Shown: piece by piece, positions 51,653 to 62,320 of the stretch | Layout: each line of letters begins with the position of its first letter | How positions within the stretch are numbered: the first letter of the stretch is position 1 | Notes under the pieces: model-generated | The model's input: the letters and a program-made list of their open reading frames with translations, nothing else | Told to the model about the DNA's origin: nothing | Databases searched by the model: none | Source: Acidobacteriota bacterium | Lineage (GTDB): Bacteria > Acidobacteriota > UBA890 > WLXD01 | Direction of reading: 5' to 3' | NCBI GenBank assembly: GCA_963666215.2 | Contig: CAXWPL010000002.1 | Span: 416,001 to 480,000, forward strand | DNA length: 64,000 bases | Translations under genes and position numbers: made by a program

Positions 51653-51917
51653 GTCCATCCCCCTCGAGAGCTGCGCAGGGAGGGAGAGCGCGGGCATGGA
51701 GCGATGACGCGCACGAAAGGTCGTGCGAGTCGGATGATCAGAACGCGAATGGACGAGTGGACGCGCTGGACGCTGGGAAGGGTATCGAGGCTCTAGAGAC
51801 GTACTGGCGCTGTTAGACCCCGATCGAGGTGTGCGCACGAGCTCGGCCACCCAACGCTATGTGCGTCGATCTTGGTGGGGAGTCGGACGGGTCCGTGAAT
51901 GCTGTCGCTTCGATTCG

Positions 51918-52220
51918 TCATTCGAGTGCTTGATCTGTTTCGCTCACCGACTCGATTGCCTCGCCTAACCGCCGGCTCAGCGCTCGAGTCTGCTCCGCCA
52001 ACTCTTCCTCCCGCAGCGCTAGAGCTCTACGGGCTTTGTAGTAGTCGTCAGCGATATTCAACGCCGCGATGACAGCAACGTTCAAGGCATCGCCGGGCCC
52101 AGCCTGCTCGCTGACGGCGCCCATTCGGGCGTCGACATAGCGGGCCAAAGCCCGGATTGTCTTTTCGGATTGTTGACCGCCAATGTTATAGCGGCGACCG
52201 AAAATATCAACGGAGGTCAT
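51918..52220 (-). CDS. zapA: Cell division protein ZapA
   Basis: V.IFGR.Y, LA.YVD.RM, AALNIAD. Confidence 0.88.
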   Translation of the reverse strand: MTSVDIFGRRYNIGGQQSEKTIRALARYVDARMGAVSEQAGPGDALNVAVIAALNIADDYYKARRALALREEELAEQTRALSRRLGEAIESVSETDQALE

Positions 52221-52599
52221 CGGCGTCTCCAGGCTGCGGGGCCTCAGGGCCGTGCGGCGGTGCGGCCGCGGCTTGTGAATCGAGCGTATCCAGCGCCGTC
52301 GCCAGATGACCCAGGCGCTCGCGTACGGCTGTGCGTTCGCGCTCGAGGCTCTGGAGGCGATCGAGCAGCCGCTGATCCGAGGGGGCTGGATGATGTTGCA
52401 GTGAGCCGGCTCGTGACTCGGCGAGCTCATCTGCCAGTCTCGCCACACGCGCTCTCAGCTCCTCGCGCTGGCGGTGAAGCCGGTGGATCGTCTCGGCCGC
52501 CCTGTCGATGGACCACTGCAGCTCTTCTATCCCTGTGCGGAGCGAGCTTGGTCCGTCGGGCGCCGATGCCGACGTCTCCGATGTCTTCGAATCGGGCAT
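52207..52599 (-). CDS. Coiled-coil protein (ZapB-like)
   Basis: Heptad pattern, LERER..VRERL, position between pheT and zapA. Confidence 0.65.
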   Translation of the reverse strand: MPDSKTSETSASAPDGPSSLRTGIEELQWSIDRAAETIHRLHRQREELRARVARLADELAESRAGSLQHHPAPSDQRLLDRLQSLERERTAVRERLGHLATALDTLDSQAAAAPPHGPEAPQPGDADDLR

Positions 52600-52617
52600 G
52601 GGCCGTGATGCTACCGG

Positions 52618-54891
52618 CTAGCGCCGCTTGACGCCCAGTTGGGTCTCCAGCCGACGCCAAACCGCGTCGTGTGCCGCTTCGACCTCCTCGGAGGTCAGCG
52701 TGCGGTCGTCGGCTCGGTAGACCAACCGCAGCGTCAAGCTCCGGTGGCCGGCCGGCAAATCATCTCCGTGGTACACATCGAGCAGCGTCACCTCGGCGAG
52801 GGGGATTCCCTCGACGGCGGCGATCTGCGCTTTCACTGCTGCGAAATCGACGTCGGAGGGCACCTGTATCGACAGGTCGCGGTCGGCGGCGGGGAACCGC
52901 GGCAGGCGGCGGTAGCTCAGATCGGGCTCATCACGGGCCAGCAGCTCCTCGACGTCGACCTCGGCCACCCACACCTGCTGGTCACGGTTGCTGGCTCCGG
53001 CTCCCGTCTCCAAGCCGAAGGCGTGCGCGGCCTTGGCATGCAGCTGTCCGACGTAGCCGAACGTCTTCTCGACCCCGTCCGGCGACTCCGGCCCTTGCAG
53101 AGAAGACCGCCGCAGCGCCGCGCTCGTCCCCGGCTGCAGACCAATGAAATCCTTCTGTTGCCACGTCCACGCCGGCCAGCGCATGCGCTCGGTCAACGCA
53201 TCGAGCGCGCCGCGCAGCTCGACGTGCGCCGCCGGGCGCTCGTCGCGGCTCCAGTGACGGGGCTCCGCCGGGCCCGCTACAACCAGCGCCAGGTGGCGTC
53301 GTTCGACGATGCTCGGCCGCGGCGATACGGGGTCGTCAGCAGCGCCGGCATTCGCATCTCTGGCCCCGGGTATCTGGCTCTGACGAGTCCCGGGGCTCTT
53401 GCCGGTATCGCCCGATTCGTGACTCCCCGGCGCCTCCGCGCTGTCCGTTGACCGATTCTCGAAGCAGTGCCCGATCTCGAACAGCCGTACGCGCGAGGTG
53501 CCATGGTTACGATTGCGGGCCAGCGCCGTGAGCAGGCCTGGGAGCGCATGGACGCGCATCACCGACATGGCGTCGGAAAGCGGATTGCCGAGCGCGACGA
53601 TCGCCGACTCCGGGGCCATCAGCATCTGTTCGGCCGCCGAGGTGAAGGAAAAGGTCATCGCCTCCCAGAAGCCCAAGGCACCGCAGATCGACCGCACATG
53701 GCGCTCGGCACGAAGCGCGCGGGTGCTCCGCTGTTCGGGCAGCGCGCGGATAGTCGGCAGTGTGCTCGGCAAGCGATCGTAGCCGTGGAAGCGGGCGATC
53801 TCCTCGATCAGGTCGACCTCTAGAGTCACGTCGGCGCGGTCGAATGGCACCTCTACGTCGAAGCTCGCGCCGGTATCGGTCGGCCCCACTCCGTCGGCCT
53901 CCTCTGGTGTTCCAATCGCAAAGCCGAGTCGCGACAAGGTGTTGCGCACAGCGTCGCCGTCGACCGAAACGCCCAGCAGCCCACGCAACCGACTGCGGCG
54001 CAAGGTGATATGCCGCGCCGGTGGAGTTTCGCCAACCGCGTCGATGTTTCCGCAGGCAATAAGGCCGCCGCCAAGCTCGGCGATCAGCGCCGCGGCGCGG
54101 TCGATTGCCGGCACCATGCCGGTATGTGACAGACCACGCTCGAAACGATGGCTCGCGTCGGTGTGTAATCCATGGCGCTTCGACATCCGCCTCACGACGA
54201 CGCGATCGAAGCTCGCCCCCTCCAGGAGCACGCGTGTGGCCCCCTCGCGCACACCCGTTCCCAGGCCGCCCATGACGCCCGCGAGCCCGACGGGCTTGGT
54301 TGCGTCGGCGATGACAAGGTCTTCTATGGTGAGGCTGCGGTCGACCTCGTCGAGAGTGACCAGCCGCTCACCGGTGTTCGCCCGCCGCACGACGAGCTTG
54401 CTGCCCACGAGCTTGTCGTAGTCGTAGGCGTGCAGCGGTCGACCCATTTCCCAGAGGACGAAGTTGGTGATGTCGACAACGTTGTTGATCGGGCGCATGC
54501 CCAGCCCCTCGAGGCGCCGGGCGAGCCAATCGGGGGAGGGTCCAACCTCGACGCCGGTGATCAGGCGCGCGACGAAGCGGTTGCATGCATGAGGGTCGGC
54601 AATCTCGATCCGGCAAGAGTCGGTGACGGAGGGTCCCGTTTCTTTCTCGTCGATGCTCGCTCCGGGCTGACGCCACTCGGCATCGAGTGCCACCGCCAGC
54701 TCGCGAGCCACCCCCGCGTGACTCATCACGTCGGGACGATTGCTCGCAATGTCCAGGTCGAGAATCAGATCGTCGCCTTGCACGCGTCGGTCGTCGACCA
54801 CCAGTCCGAGCATCGACAACTTGTCGACAAGACGGCTCTGGCTGGCGGGCAGATCGACGTATTCGGCAATCCAGTTACGTGAGAAGCGCAT
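52618..54891 (-). CDS. pheT: Phenylalanine--tRNA ligase beta subunit (lacks B2 domain)
   Basis: NRPD, NNVVDITN, DLIEEIAR, RLFEIG, RDLS. Confidence 0.96.
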   Translation of the reverse strand: MRFSRNWIAEYVDLPASQSRLVDKLSMLGLVVDDRRVQGDDLILDLDIASNRPDVMSHAGVARELAVALDAEWRQPGASIDEKETGPSVTDSCRIEIADPHACNRFVARLITGVEVGPSPDWLARRLEGLGMRPINNVVDITNFVLWEMGRPLHAYDYDKLVGSKLVVRRANTGERLVTLDEVDRSLTIEDLVIADATKPVGLAGVMGGLGTGVREGATRVLLEGASFDRVVVRRMSKRHGLHTDASHRFERGLSHTGMVPAIDRAAALIAELGGGLIACGNIDAVGETPPARHITLRRSRLRGLLGVSVDGDAVRNTLSRLGFAIGTPEEADGVGPTDTGASFDVEVPFDRADVTLEVDLIEEIARFHGYDRLPSTLPTIRALPEQRSTRALRAERHVRSICGALGFWEAMTFSFTSAAEQMLMAPESAIVALGNPLSDAMSVMRVHALPGLLTALARNRNHGTSRVRLFEIGHCFENRSTDSAEAPGSHESGDTGKSPGTRQSQIPGARDANAGAADDPVSPRPSIVERRHLALVVAGPAEPRHWSRDERPAAHVELRGALDALTERMRWPAWTWQQKDFIGLQPGTSAALRRSSLQGPESPDGVEKTFGYVGQLHAKAAHAFGLETGAGASNRDQQVWVAEVDVEELLARDEPDLSYRRLPRFPAADRDLSIQVPSDVDFAAVKAQIAAVEGIPLAEVTLLDVYHGDDLPAGHRSLTLRLVYRADDRTLTSEEVEAAHDAVWRRLETQLGVKRR

Positions 54892-54958
54892 GGTTGATGT
54901 GCGTGCAGTTGGCGGCGAGCCCCTCAGTAGGGGCAGGGATCAAAGGGGTCGGCAGGGA

Positions 54959-56008
54959 TCAGGTGGCGAACTGCTTCAGGAAGCGCAAGTCGTTGTCGTA
55001 CAGCAGGCGGATGTCGTCGATGCCGTGGCGCACGGCGGCAATGCGGTCGATACCCATGCCGAAAGCGAATCCTTGCCATCGATCGGGGTCGTAGCCCACG
55101 TTTTCGAACAGCGCCGGGTGCACCATGCCGCAGCCGAGAAGCTCCACCCAACCCGAGCCTCGACAAACGCGGCAACCCTCGCCTTTGCACGCAGGGCAGG
55201 TGGCGTCGACCTCTGCGGAAGGCTCGGTGAAGGGGAAATAGCCTGGCCGGAAGCGGGTGTCGGTGGCGGGGCCGAAGAGGCGCTTGGCGAAGTGGTCGAG
55301 GGTGCCTTTGAGGTCGGCGAGCGTGATGTCGACATCGACCACGAGGCCCTCACACTGAACGAACATCGGGCTGTGTGTAGCGTCTGGCGTATCACGTCGG
55401 AACACCCTGCCCGGTACCAGGATCGCCAGCGGCGGCTCACGCTGTTCCATCGTGCGGATCTGCACCGGCGAGGTGTGGGTTCGCAGCAGCAGGTCGCCAT
55501 ACGAGCGGTGGAGCCTCAAGGTGTCCTGGTCGTCGCGAGCCGGGTGATCAGCGGGGAAGTTCAGCGCTTCGAAGTTGTACCAATCGGTTTCCACCTCGGG
55601 GCCGTCGACGATCTCGTAGCCGAGCGCAACAAAAACGTCTTCGATCTCCGCCAGTGTTTGACTGATCGGGTGCTGACCGCCCAGTGGATCGGGGAGTCCC
55701 GGAAGCGTGACGTCGATGCCCTCGACACGCGAGTCCGACGAGGCTTGCGTAAGCGACTCCCGCAGCTCGTCGATTCGCGCGCCGAGCCGCTGCCGGGCCA
55801 GGTTCGCGGCGTTGCCGACGGCCTTGCGTGCCTCCGGCTCGAGCTCACGAAGCCCCTGGAAGATCGCCGTGAGCTCGCCGCGCTTGCGTCCGAGGTAGCG
55901 CGCGTGTAGCTCGTCGATCGCGGCCGCATTGGATATCGCGGCCGCGTCGGACTCGAAGCGTTCGAGCAGCTGCTCGATAGCGGATGTGGGCGAGGAGGGC
56001 GGTTGCAA
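54959..56008 (-). CDS. pheS: Phenylalanine--tRNA ligase alpha subunit
   Basis: HPARD.QDT, LRTHTSPVQ, FPFTEPSAE, GFAFGMG. Confidence 0.98.
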   Translation of the reverse strand: MQPPSSPTSAIEQLLERFESDAAAISNAAAIDELHARYLGRKRGELTAIFQGLRELEPEARKAVGNAANLARQRLGARIDELRESLTQASSDSRVEGIDVTLPGLPDPLGGQHPISQTLAEIEDVFVALGYEIVDGPEVETDWYNFEALNFPADHPARDDQDTLRLHRSYGDLLLRTHTSPVQIRTMEQREPPLAILVPGRVFRRDTPDATHSPMFVQCEGLVVDVDITLADLKGTLDHFAKRLFGPATDTRFRPGYFPFTEPSAEVDATCPACKGEGCRVCRGSGWVELLGCGMVHPALFENVGYDPDRWQGFAFGMGIDRIAAVRHGIDDIRLLYDNDLRFLKQFAT

Positions 56009-56051
56009 AGGTGCGACCCGTCGAGTTGGTCGAGTTGGGGCCGTACGACTA

Positions 56052-56408
56052 CTAGGCCAGAGCGCTCTTTGCTGCTGCAGCCAGCTGCTCGAAGGCGCGT
56101 GGATCTTCGATCGCCAGCTCCGCGAGCACCTTGCGGTCGAGTCCCACGCCGGCGCGGGTCAAGCCATGGATGAACTGGCTGTAAGAGATCCCGTTGGTTC
56201 GGCAAGCAGCATTGATGCGCGTGATCCACAGGCGGCGGAAGTCGCGCTTCTTGCGCTTGCGACCGTGAAACGCGTGCTGCAAGGCTCGGTCGACGGCTTC
56301 GCGTGCCTCGCCGTAAAGGCGGCTCTTGGCGCCGTAGTAGCCCTTTGCCTGCTTGAGGATGTTGCGGCGGCGCTTGGTATGTACGTTGCCTCGCTTGACG
56401 CGGGCCAT
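56052..56408 (-). CDS. rplT: 50S ribosomal protein L20
   Basis: MARVKRG, KRDFRRLWITRINAA. Confidence 0.98.
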   Translation of the reverse strand: MARVKRGNVHTKRRRNILKQAKGYYGAKSRLYGEAREAVDRALQHAFHGRKRKKRDFRRLWITRINAACRTNGISYSQFIHGLTRAGVGLDRKVLAELAIEDPRAFEQLAAAAKSALA

Positions 56409-56450
56409 GGCGAAACCTCCGGGAGCCGCCTGAGGGCGTCTCCGTTTTCT

Positions 56451-56648
56451 CTATTTATACGGCAGCAGGGCTTCGATCCGCTTGGTGTCTGCAGCCGAGA
56501 GCAGCGTCCCCTGGCGCAGGTGGCGCTTTCTCTTCGTGCTCTTGTGCGACATGAGGTGGCCAGCGTACGCCTTGCGTCGCGCGAGCTTGCCAGTGCCTGT
56601 GCGCTTGAAACGCTTGGCGGCGCCGCGGTGGGTTTTCATTTTCGGCAT
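56451..56648 (-). CDS. rpmI: 50S ribosomal protein L35
   Basis: [14 protein letters not shown]. Confidence 0.98.
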   Translation of the reverse strand: MPKMKTHRGAAKRFKRTGTGKLARRKAYAGHLMSHKSTKRKRHLRQGTLLSAADTKRIEALLPYK

Positions 56649-56707
56649 GTCGTTCTCCGACTGCACTTCGGCTGGTCGTCCCAGCCCTCAGTGAGTGGCT
56701 GTCTTCA

Positions 56708-57214
56708 TCAATCGCGTTTGGGCGTCAAGACCATGTACATCTGGCGCCCTTCCATCGACGGCCGTTTGTCCATCCGGAAGTCCTCGCCCAGGTCGCTGAG
56801 GACGCGATCCAGGATGGCGCGCCCGAGCTCGGGATGAACCACCTCGCGGCCACGGAACATGATCGTTGCCTTGACCATGTGACCCTCGCCCAGAAATCGG
56901 CGGATGTGGTTCAGCTTGAAGCTGTAGTCGTGCTCGTCGATCTTGGGCCGAAACTTTACTTCCTTGAGCTGCGGTTGGTGTGCCTTCTGTTTCTTGTCCT
57001 TCGCTTGGCGATACACGTGTTTGCCGTAGTCCATCAAACGGCAAACTGGCGGCTCCGCCATGGGCGCAACTTCCACCAGGTCGAGCCCGGCGGTGTGCGC
57101 CATTGCGATCGCGGCCTCAGTGTCTACTACCCCTGCCTGTTCACCCTCTGCGTCGATAAGCCGCACCTGCGGGACTCGAATGCCTTCGTTGGTGCGGTGT
57201 CGTTTTTCGTGAAT
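56708..57214 (-). CDS. infC: Translation initiation factor IF-3 (ATT start)
   Basis: RTNEGIR...VRLI, LDLVEVAP, KEVKFRP, FRGRE; in-frame ATT 8 nt after AAGGAA. Confidence 0.95.
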   Translation of the reverse strand: MHEKRHRTNEGIRVPQVRLIDAEGEQAGVVDTEAAIAMAHTAGLDLVEVAPMAEPPVCRLMDYGKHVYRQAKDKKQKAHQPQLKEVKFRPKIDEHDYSFKLNHIRRFLGEGHMVKATIMFRGREVVHPELGRAILDRVLSDLGEDFRMDKRPSMEGRQMYMVLTPKRD

Positions 57215-57306
57215 GGTCGCGTTCCTTGCTCGTTACGTCGATACGGTGGGAGATCGCCGAGTCGCTGCCCACCAAGAGCGGCGACCCAGGCGAGAACATG
57301 AGGGAG

Positions 57307-57379
57307 TAGGCGCGGCCGGGCTCGAACCGACGACCTCTACCGTGTCAGGGTAGCGCTCTACCAGCTGAGCTACGCGCCT
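57307..57379 (-). tRNA. tRNA-Val (GAC)
   Basis: AGGCGCGTAGCTCAG...CTGACAC...GGTTCGAGCC...GCGCCTA. Confidence 0.95.
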
Positions 57380-57430
57380 CCGTTCTATACAGCCGCACGC
57401 GGGAGCAGCGCAGCGCTTGGTGGACCCCGA

Positions 57431-57460
57431 ACTATAGCAGTGGCGCGAAAAACCGGTCAA
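57431..57460 (-). promoter_or_regulatory. sigma70 promoter for tRNA-Val-infC operon
   Basis: TTGACC-N18-TATAGT with extended -10 TG. Confidence 0.65.
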
Positions 57461-57464
57461 CGCG

Positions 57465-58225
57465 TCATTCCCCACGCTTCACCCGTCGGGGCAGCACGAC
57501 GAAGCCCACGACGACCATCATCAGAAGGTCGCCCGGCAGCTGCGCAAGGTAGCCGTGGAAGAGCAGGTCGGCGGGCACTCGAGCGACGGCGGTCACGTCG
57601 CTGGCGCCGCCCATCGCCGGCGCCAGCGCCAGCAAGCCGAGCCCGGCCACGTAGCGGGGCAAGAGACAGGCCGAATAGGTCAGCACAACGCCTGGTGCCC
57701 GGAGCAGACGCAGCGAGTAGTAGAAGGCGATAGCCACCGCCATCGCGCCTGCGGCTCCGTAGTAGAGCTTCAGCTACGGGTTCCACGCCGGTCCGGCCCA
57801 GCCTCGATAGGCGATCACGGCGGTGGCCGCCAACGCCAGCAGGATCACGGTGCGGACACGCCAGCGCTGTCGAACGGCCGGGCCGCCGCCGTTGCGCCCA
57901 GAATCGAGAGAGGTCACCAGCGTACCGTCGGGCCAGCGTCCGAGCGCTCCCGCCAGCGCGGCCACGCCGACGCCACCCCACGCGTAACCCTGCTCGAACA
58001 CCGTACCCACCACATCACATCGGCCAGAGGCCGCCAGGTCGCCGCGGCGGTGAGGAGGAGAGCCGCACATGCGATTGAGCGTGCGCCGCGGACGCTGCCC
58101 AAGGTGAGTCCCGCGAGCACAGCGATTCCCGCAGCTGCCGAGAAGCTACCGAGCACGTAGTCGACTCGCAGCCCCGCTCCGAGGACAGCGATCGCGACCC
58201 AGAACCACTCCGGGAGGCGCAGCAA
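57465..58225 (-). pseudogene. Integral membrane protein broken by a 5-bp duplication and an in-frame TAG
   Basis: Removing one CACAT (58011-58020) and reading through TAG 57774-57776 gives one ~250-aa hydrophobic ORF. Confidence 0.7.
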
Positions 58226-58309
58226 CTCGGCGCGGAGAGGGGCTCGCTGCCCAGGTGTGTGGGCGGCGCGATCGGCGACAGTCGATAGAGACTCGTCGGG
58301 CAGCGAACG

Positions 58310-59170
58310 CTACCCGAGCGCCGGCGCCACGCGCGGCCTGTAGTCGCGCGAGCCGGCGATCGCGATGTTGCCGCCGGCAACACGTGCCGCGTCTGTTCGT
58401 CGATGGGCGCCGAAGTAGCCAATCCGCACGTCAGCGCGCGCCAGCACCTCGGCGGCAAGGCTGCGGAATTCCATCGCGCTGCGATTGTTCGTGGGCAGCT
58501 CGATCACCGGCGCCCCGGAATCGACCGACTCCGAAACACTGACGCTCTCGTGGATAACCGTGCCCATGACCAGAGGCCCGTAGGTTTGACGGAGCTCGGT
58601 GAGCACCCGCTGCGAGATTCGGGTGCGAGCGTCGAAGTGGTTGACGATGATTCCGGTGAGGTCGAGAGCCGGGTTGCCGCGTTCGCGAAGGTCGGCGATG
58701 TGCGAGAGCAAGCGGGTGATCGAGGTGGATGCGAGCCCCTTCGCCTGCACCGGCGCGAGAATCTCGTCGGCCGCCGTGAGCGCGTTGAGCAGCACAACGC
58801 CGATGCCGGCCGGACAATCGAGCAACGTGTAGTCGCAGGTCTCGGGTAGCCGGGCCAGGAGCACACGCTCCCCGGCAAGATTCCGCCGATTGATCTCGTC
58901 GAGCATCGGCGACGACGGCACAATCCAGATTCCGTCGCGCGATGTGCGCACCGCGGCGGTGTCAACGGTGGCTTGGCCGCGCAGAACGTCGCTCAGACTG
59001 GCGCGTCCGGGGGTGTTTTCGACGCCGAAGCAGCGCGTCAAGTTGCCCTGCGGATCGCAGTCGATCAACAGGACGCTCTTGCCGCGCTCCGCGAGGCTCG
59101 CGGCGAGGTTGAACGTGGTGGTCGTCTTACCGACGCCACCCTTCAAATTGCAAATAGCTATGGTTCGCAT
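58310..59170 (-). CDS. ParA/Soj-family ATPase
   Basis: NLKGGVGKTT, IDCDPQGN, LDCP, NALTAAD. Confidence 0.92.
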   Translation of the reverse strand: MRTIAICNLKGGVGKTTTTFNLAASLAERGKSVLLIDCDPQGNLTRCFGVENTPGRASLSDVLRGQATVDTAAVRTSRDGIWIVPSSPMLDEINRRNLAGERVLLARLPETCDYTLLDCPAGIGVVLLNALTAADEILAPVQAKGLASTSITRLLSHIADLRERGNPALDLTGIIVNHFDARTRISQRVLTELRQTYGPLVMGTVIHESVSVSESVDSGAPVIELPTNNRSAMEFRSLAAEVLARADVRIGYFGAHRRTDAARVAGGNIAIAGSRDYRPRVAPALG

Positions 59171-59270
59171 CGATCCCCAGAGGAGGGCGTGCCGGTGAAC
59201 GATGAACGCCGCATGCTATTGCGGGCCGTGCGACCACGTCAAGGGGGCAAGAGAAGGCCGGACTCGCCCG

Positions 59271-61983
59271 CTACTCCGCCCGCAGGGCTTCGGTGGGCGA
59301 TACGCGCGCCGCTCTCAGGGCCGGGACCAGGGACGCTGCCAGCGCGACGAACGTGAGCAGTGCCGCTCCAGCAACGAACGTCTTCGCGTCGCGGGGCGCG
59401 ATGCCGAAGAGCAGGCTGTCGAGCAGGTCGACACCGAACAGCGCCAGGAGACTGCCGATGGCGATGCCCAGCGCCGCCTGGCGCAGGCTCTGGCCCAGCG
59501 CCAGCCGCATGACGCTGCCCGCATCGGCTCCCATGGCCATGCGGATTCCAAGCTCGCGGGTACGGGCCGCCACGGTGTGGGCCATGACGCCGTAGACGCC
59601 GATCGCGCTGAGTGCCACGGCGATGGCGGCGAACAGGCTCAGCTGCAGCAGCAGGAAGCGGGGCTGCGATACCGACGCTGAGACGATCTCATCGACGCTG
59701 GCGATAGCCTCGAGCGGCTGGTCCGGATCCACCCGCAGGACGGCGTTCTGCACCTCGCGGGCCAGCTGTGCGGGTGCGCCGGTCGTCCGCAGCACCAGCA
59801 CCATCTCCTGCATGGCGAACTGCGAGTAGGGGATGAAGATGTGGGGACGAGGGTCGCGATCGAGACTCGCTGCCCGCACATCGCCGACGAGACCGACCAC
59901 CTCGTAGGTGCGGCCGGGATTGTCCGGCGTGCCACCGAAAATCGTGCGGCCGATCGGAACCGTCGGATCCGTGTCGCCCCACAGTTGCGACGCCAGCGCC
60001 TGGTTGATCACCGCGACCGCGGGACCCTCGTCGTCGGCCTCATTGAAGGTGCGGCCGGTCAGCACCGGAAGTCCGATGGTTGCGAAGTAGTCGGGCATCG
60101 CGACCCGGGAACCGGACCCCTGGAACGAGCCCTTGGGTCTCGGTGGCGCCTCGGCGATGCAGCGAGGTCGAGCCGCCCGGGTTGCCGATGAGGGGAAACA
60201 CATTCACCGCGGTCGCCGCCTGCACACCCGCGATCCGTTCGAGCTCCGGGAGGAGCTGCGCGTAGAAGCTCCTGCGCATCGCGGCCTCCTGGTAGCGCGC
60301 CGCGGGCAGGGCGACCTCGGCCGTCAGGATCCTCTCCGTCTGGAAACCCGGATCGACACGCATCAAGTTGCCGAGGCTCTGCAGCAGCAACGTCGAACCC
60401 ACCACGAGAACCAGCGCCAGAGCCAGTTCCACGACCACCAGGCCGCTGCGGAGCGCCCGTCCGCGACGACCGTGCGTGGCCCCCCGGTGGCCAGTCACCA
60501 GGGAGCTGGCGTCGGTCGTACCGAAGCTGACGAGCGCCAGGGGCACCCCGCTACCGAGCGCGGTGAGCGTGGCGAGGCCCAGGGCGAAGAGCAAGGCTCC
60601 GGTGTCGAAAGACACCGAGGACAGGCGAGGAATGGTCGCCGGGCCGGTGGCGGCGAGAATCGTAACGCCGGCGCGCGCCGCGATGACGCCGATGGCCGTA
60701 CCCGCCGTCGCCAGCACCGCGTTCTCGACGGCCAGCACACGCGCCACCTGGATGCGGGTTGCACCGTGGGCCCGCCGCAGCGTGAGCTCGGGCATGCGGT
60801 CCAGGAGCCGCGCGACGCCCAGGTTGGCAAGGTTCGCCGCCGCGATCAGCCAGAACAACGCTACCGCCGCGGTGAGCGCGTACGCGGCGGGCCATAGACC
60901 GCCGATCAGCTGATCGTGCAGCGGGACCGCCCGCATGCCGCCCTCGGCATTGGCGTCCGGAAACTCCGCGGCGAACACTGCACCGAGGTCGGCCAGCTCA
61001 CGATCGACGGCACCGAGGTCGATGCCAGGGCTGGCCCTTCCGACAACGCGTAGGAGATGGTTGCCGCGGTTGTCCTTCCAGGCGTCGAAATAGGGAAGCG
61101 GGCGCCATAGTCGTGCGCCGCTACCAACCGGAAAGTCGAAGCCGGGAGGCATGACGCCCACGACGACGTGGTCCCGACCGCTGAGCGGAAGCGATTGCCC
61201 CAGGATGTCGGGGTTGGCGGCGAAGCGGTTCGCCCAGAGATCGTGGCTGAGAATCACCACGCCGCCGACGTCGGGCTCGGCCTCCTCGGGAGCAAACGCG
61301 CGTCCGCGGGCAGGCTCGACCCCTAGCAGCCCGACCAGCCCGAACATGCCGGGAGTCACGTACGCCCCGGCGATGCGCTCCGGACGATCGCCGCCAGTCA
61401 GGGTGACACTCGGGAAGTCGCCGAACATGTAGGCGGCGACTGCATCGAGGCTGTCGGCGCCCGCCCGAACGCTCTCGAAGTTGGGGATCGAGAAATTGCG
61501 CTCGAGGTCGCCCCGATTCGTCTCCCACAGATGCACCAGTCGAGGCGCGTGCGGGAAGGGGAGAGGTTCGAGCATCACATGGCGCAGCACACTGAACACA
61601 CTGGTGGCGCCGCCGATGGCCATGACGAACGTGAGGAGGGTCACAGCCGCGTACCCCGGCCGCCCCCTGAGCGCACGCAGCGACTGCCGGGTCTCGTTCA
61701 AGAGTGCGCGCAACGTGGCCTCCGTCGGGGGGGATTCCTGTTGGGCGAACACGGTTCGAAGCCGGGCCTGCACGCCGGTGACGACCACGCCCAGGAGCAC
61801 ACCGAGAGCGAATCGCAGCATCGCCGAACGCCCCCGCTCGGCGCGCACGCGCCGCAGGTCGTCGGCGAACATCCCGGTCATCTCGGGTGCGAGCAGCGCG
61901 CGGAAGTCGGCCGGATGAAGCCGCACGAGCCATGCGACGGCACGGAGAAGCACGCGCTCGGTGATCCCCGTGCGCAGGGTCAC
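59271..61983 (-). pseudogene. ADOP-type duplicated ABC permease (MacB/FtsX), +1 frameshift near 60108
   Basis: VVGVMPPGF, LVVVELALALVL, VDPGF, R.RELGIRMAMGA, VSPTEALRAE; one extra C splits VRF/RVAMPDYF. Confidence 0.85.
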
Positions 61984-62294
61984 TTGCTCTCCTCCGCCTC
62001 CGGATGGAGTACGAGAGATGCGAGCATCTGCAAGCGGTTCGCCTGCTCACGCACCACGTCGCGGCCCGCTGGCGTGAGCCGATACACGTGCTGCGGGCGC
62101 CCGCGCCCGCCATCCGAGATCGTGCACACGATCTCGAGATTCCCCTCGTCGAGCTCCTGCTTGAGCAGGCGATAGAACGACGGAATCGACGGCACGTCCG
62201 TGCCGCCGTCGGCGCGCAACGCCTCCATCACCTCAACGGCGCACAACGGCTTGGCCTCGATGACGGCCAGAATGCGATAGATACGAAGGTCCAT
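61980..62294 (-). CDS. PadR-like wHTH regulator
   Basis: Y..L...G.L, GRGRP...YRLTPAGR; GTGA overlap with permease. Confidence 0.8.
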   Translation of the reverse strand: MDLRIYRILAVIEAKPLCAVEVMEALRADGGTDVPSIPSFYRLLKQELDEGNLEIVCTISDGGRGRPQHVYRLTPAGRDVVREQANRLQMLASLVLHPEAEESK

Positions 62295-62320
62295 AGCGAA
62301 GTTGAGGGAGAGCGGTCGAG

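Noticed and set aside
51660-51917. 6S RNA at its common position between zapA and rny
   Set aside because: I could not find long end-to-end pairing or 6S-like motifs by eye; an Infernal search would be needed.
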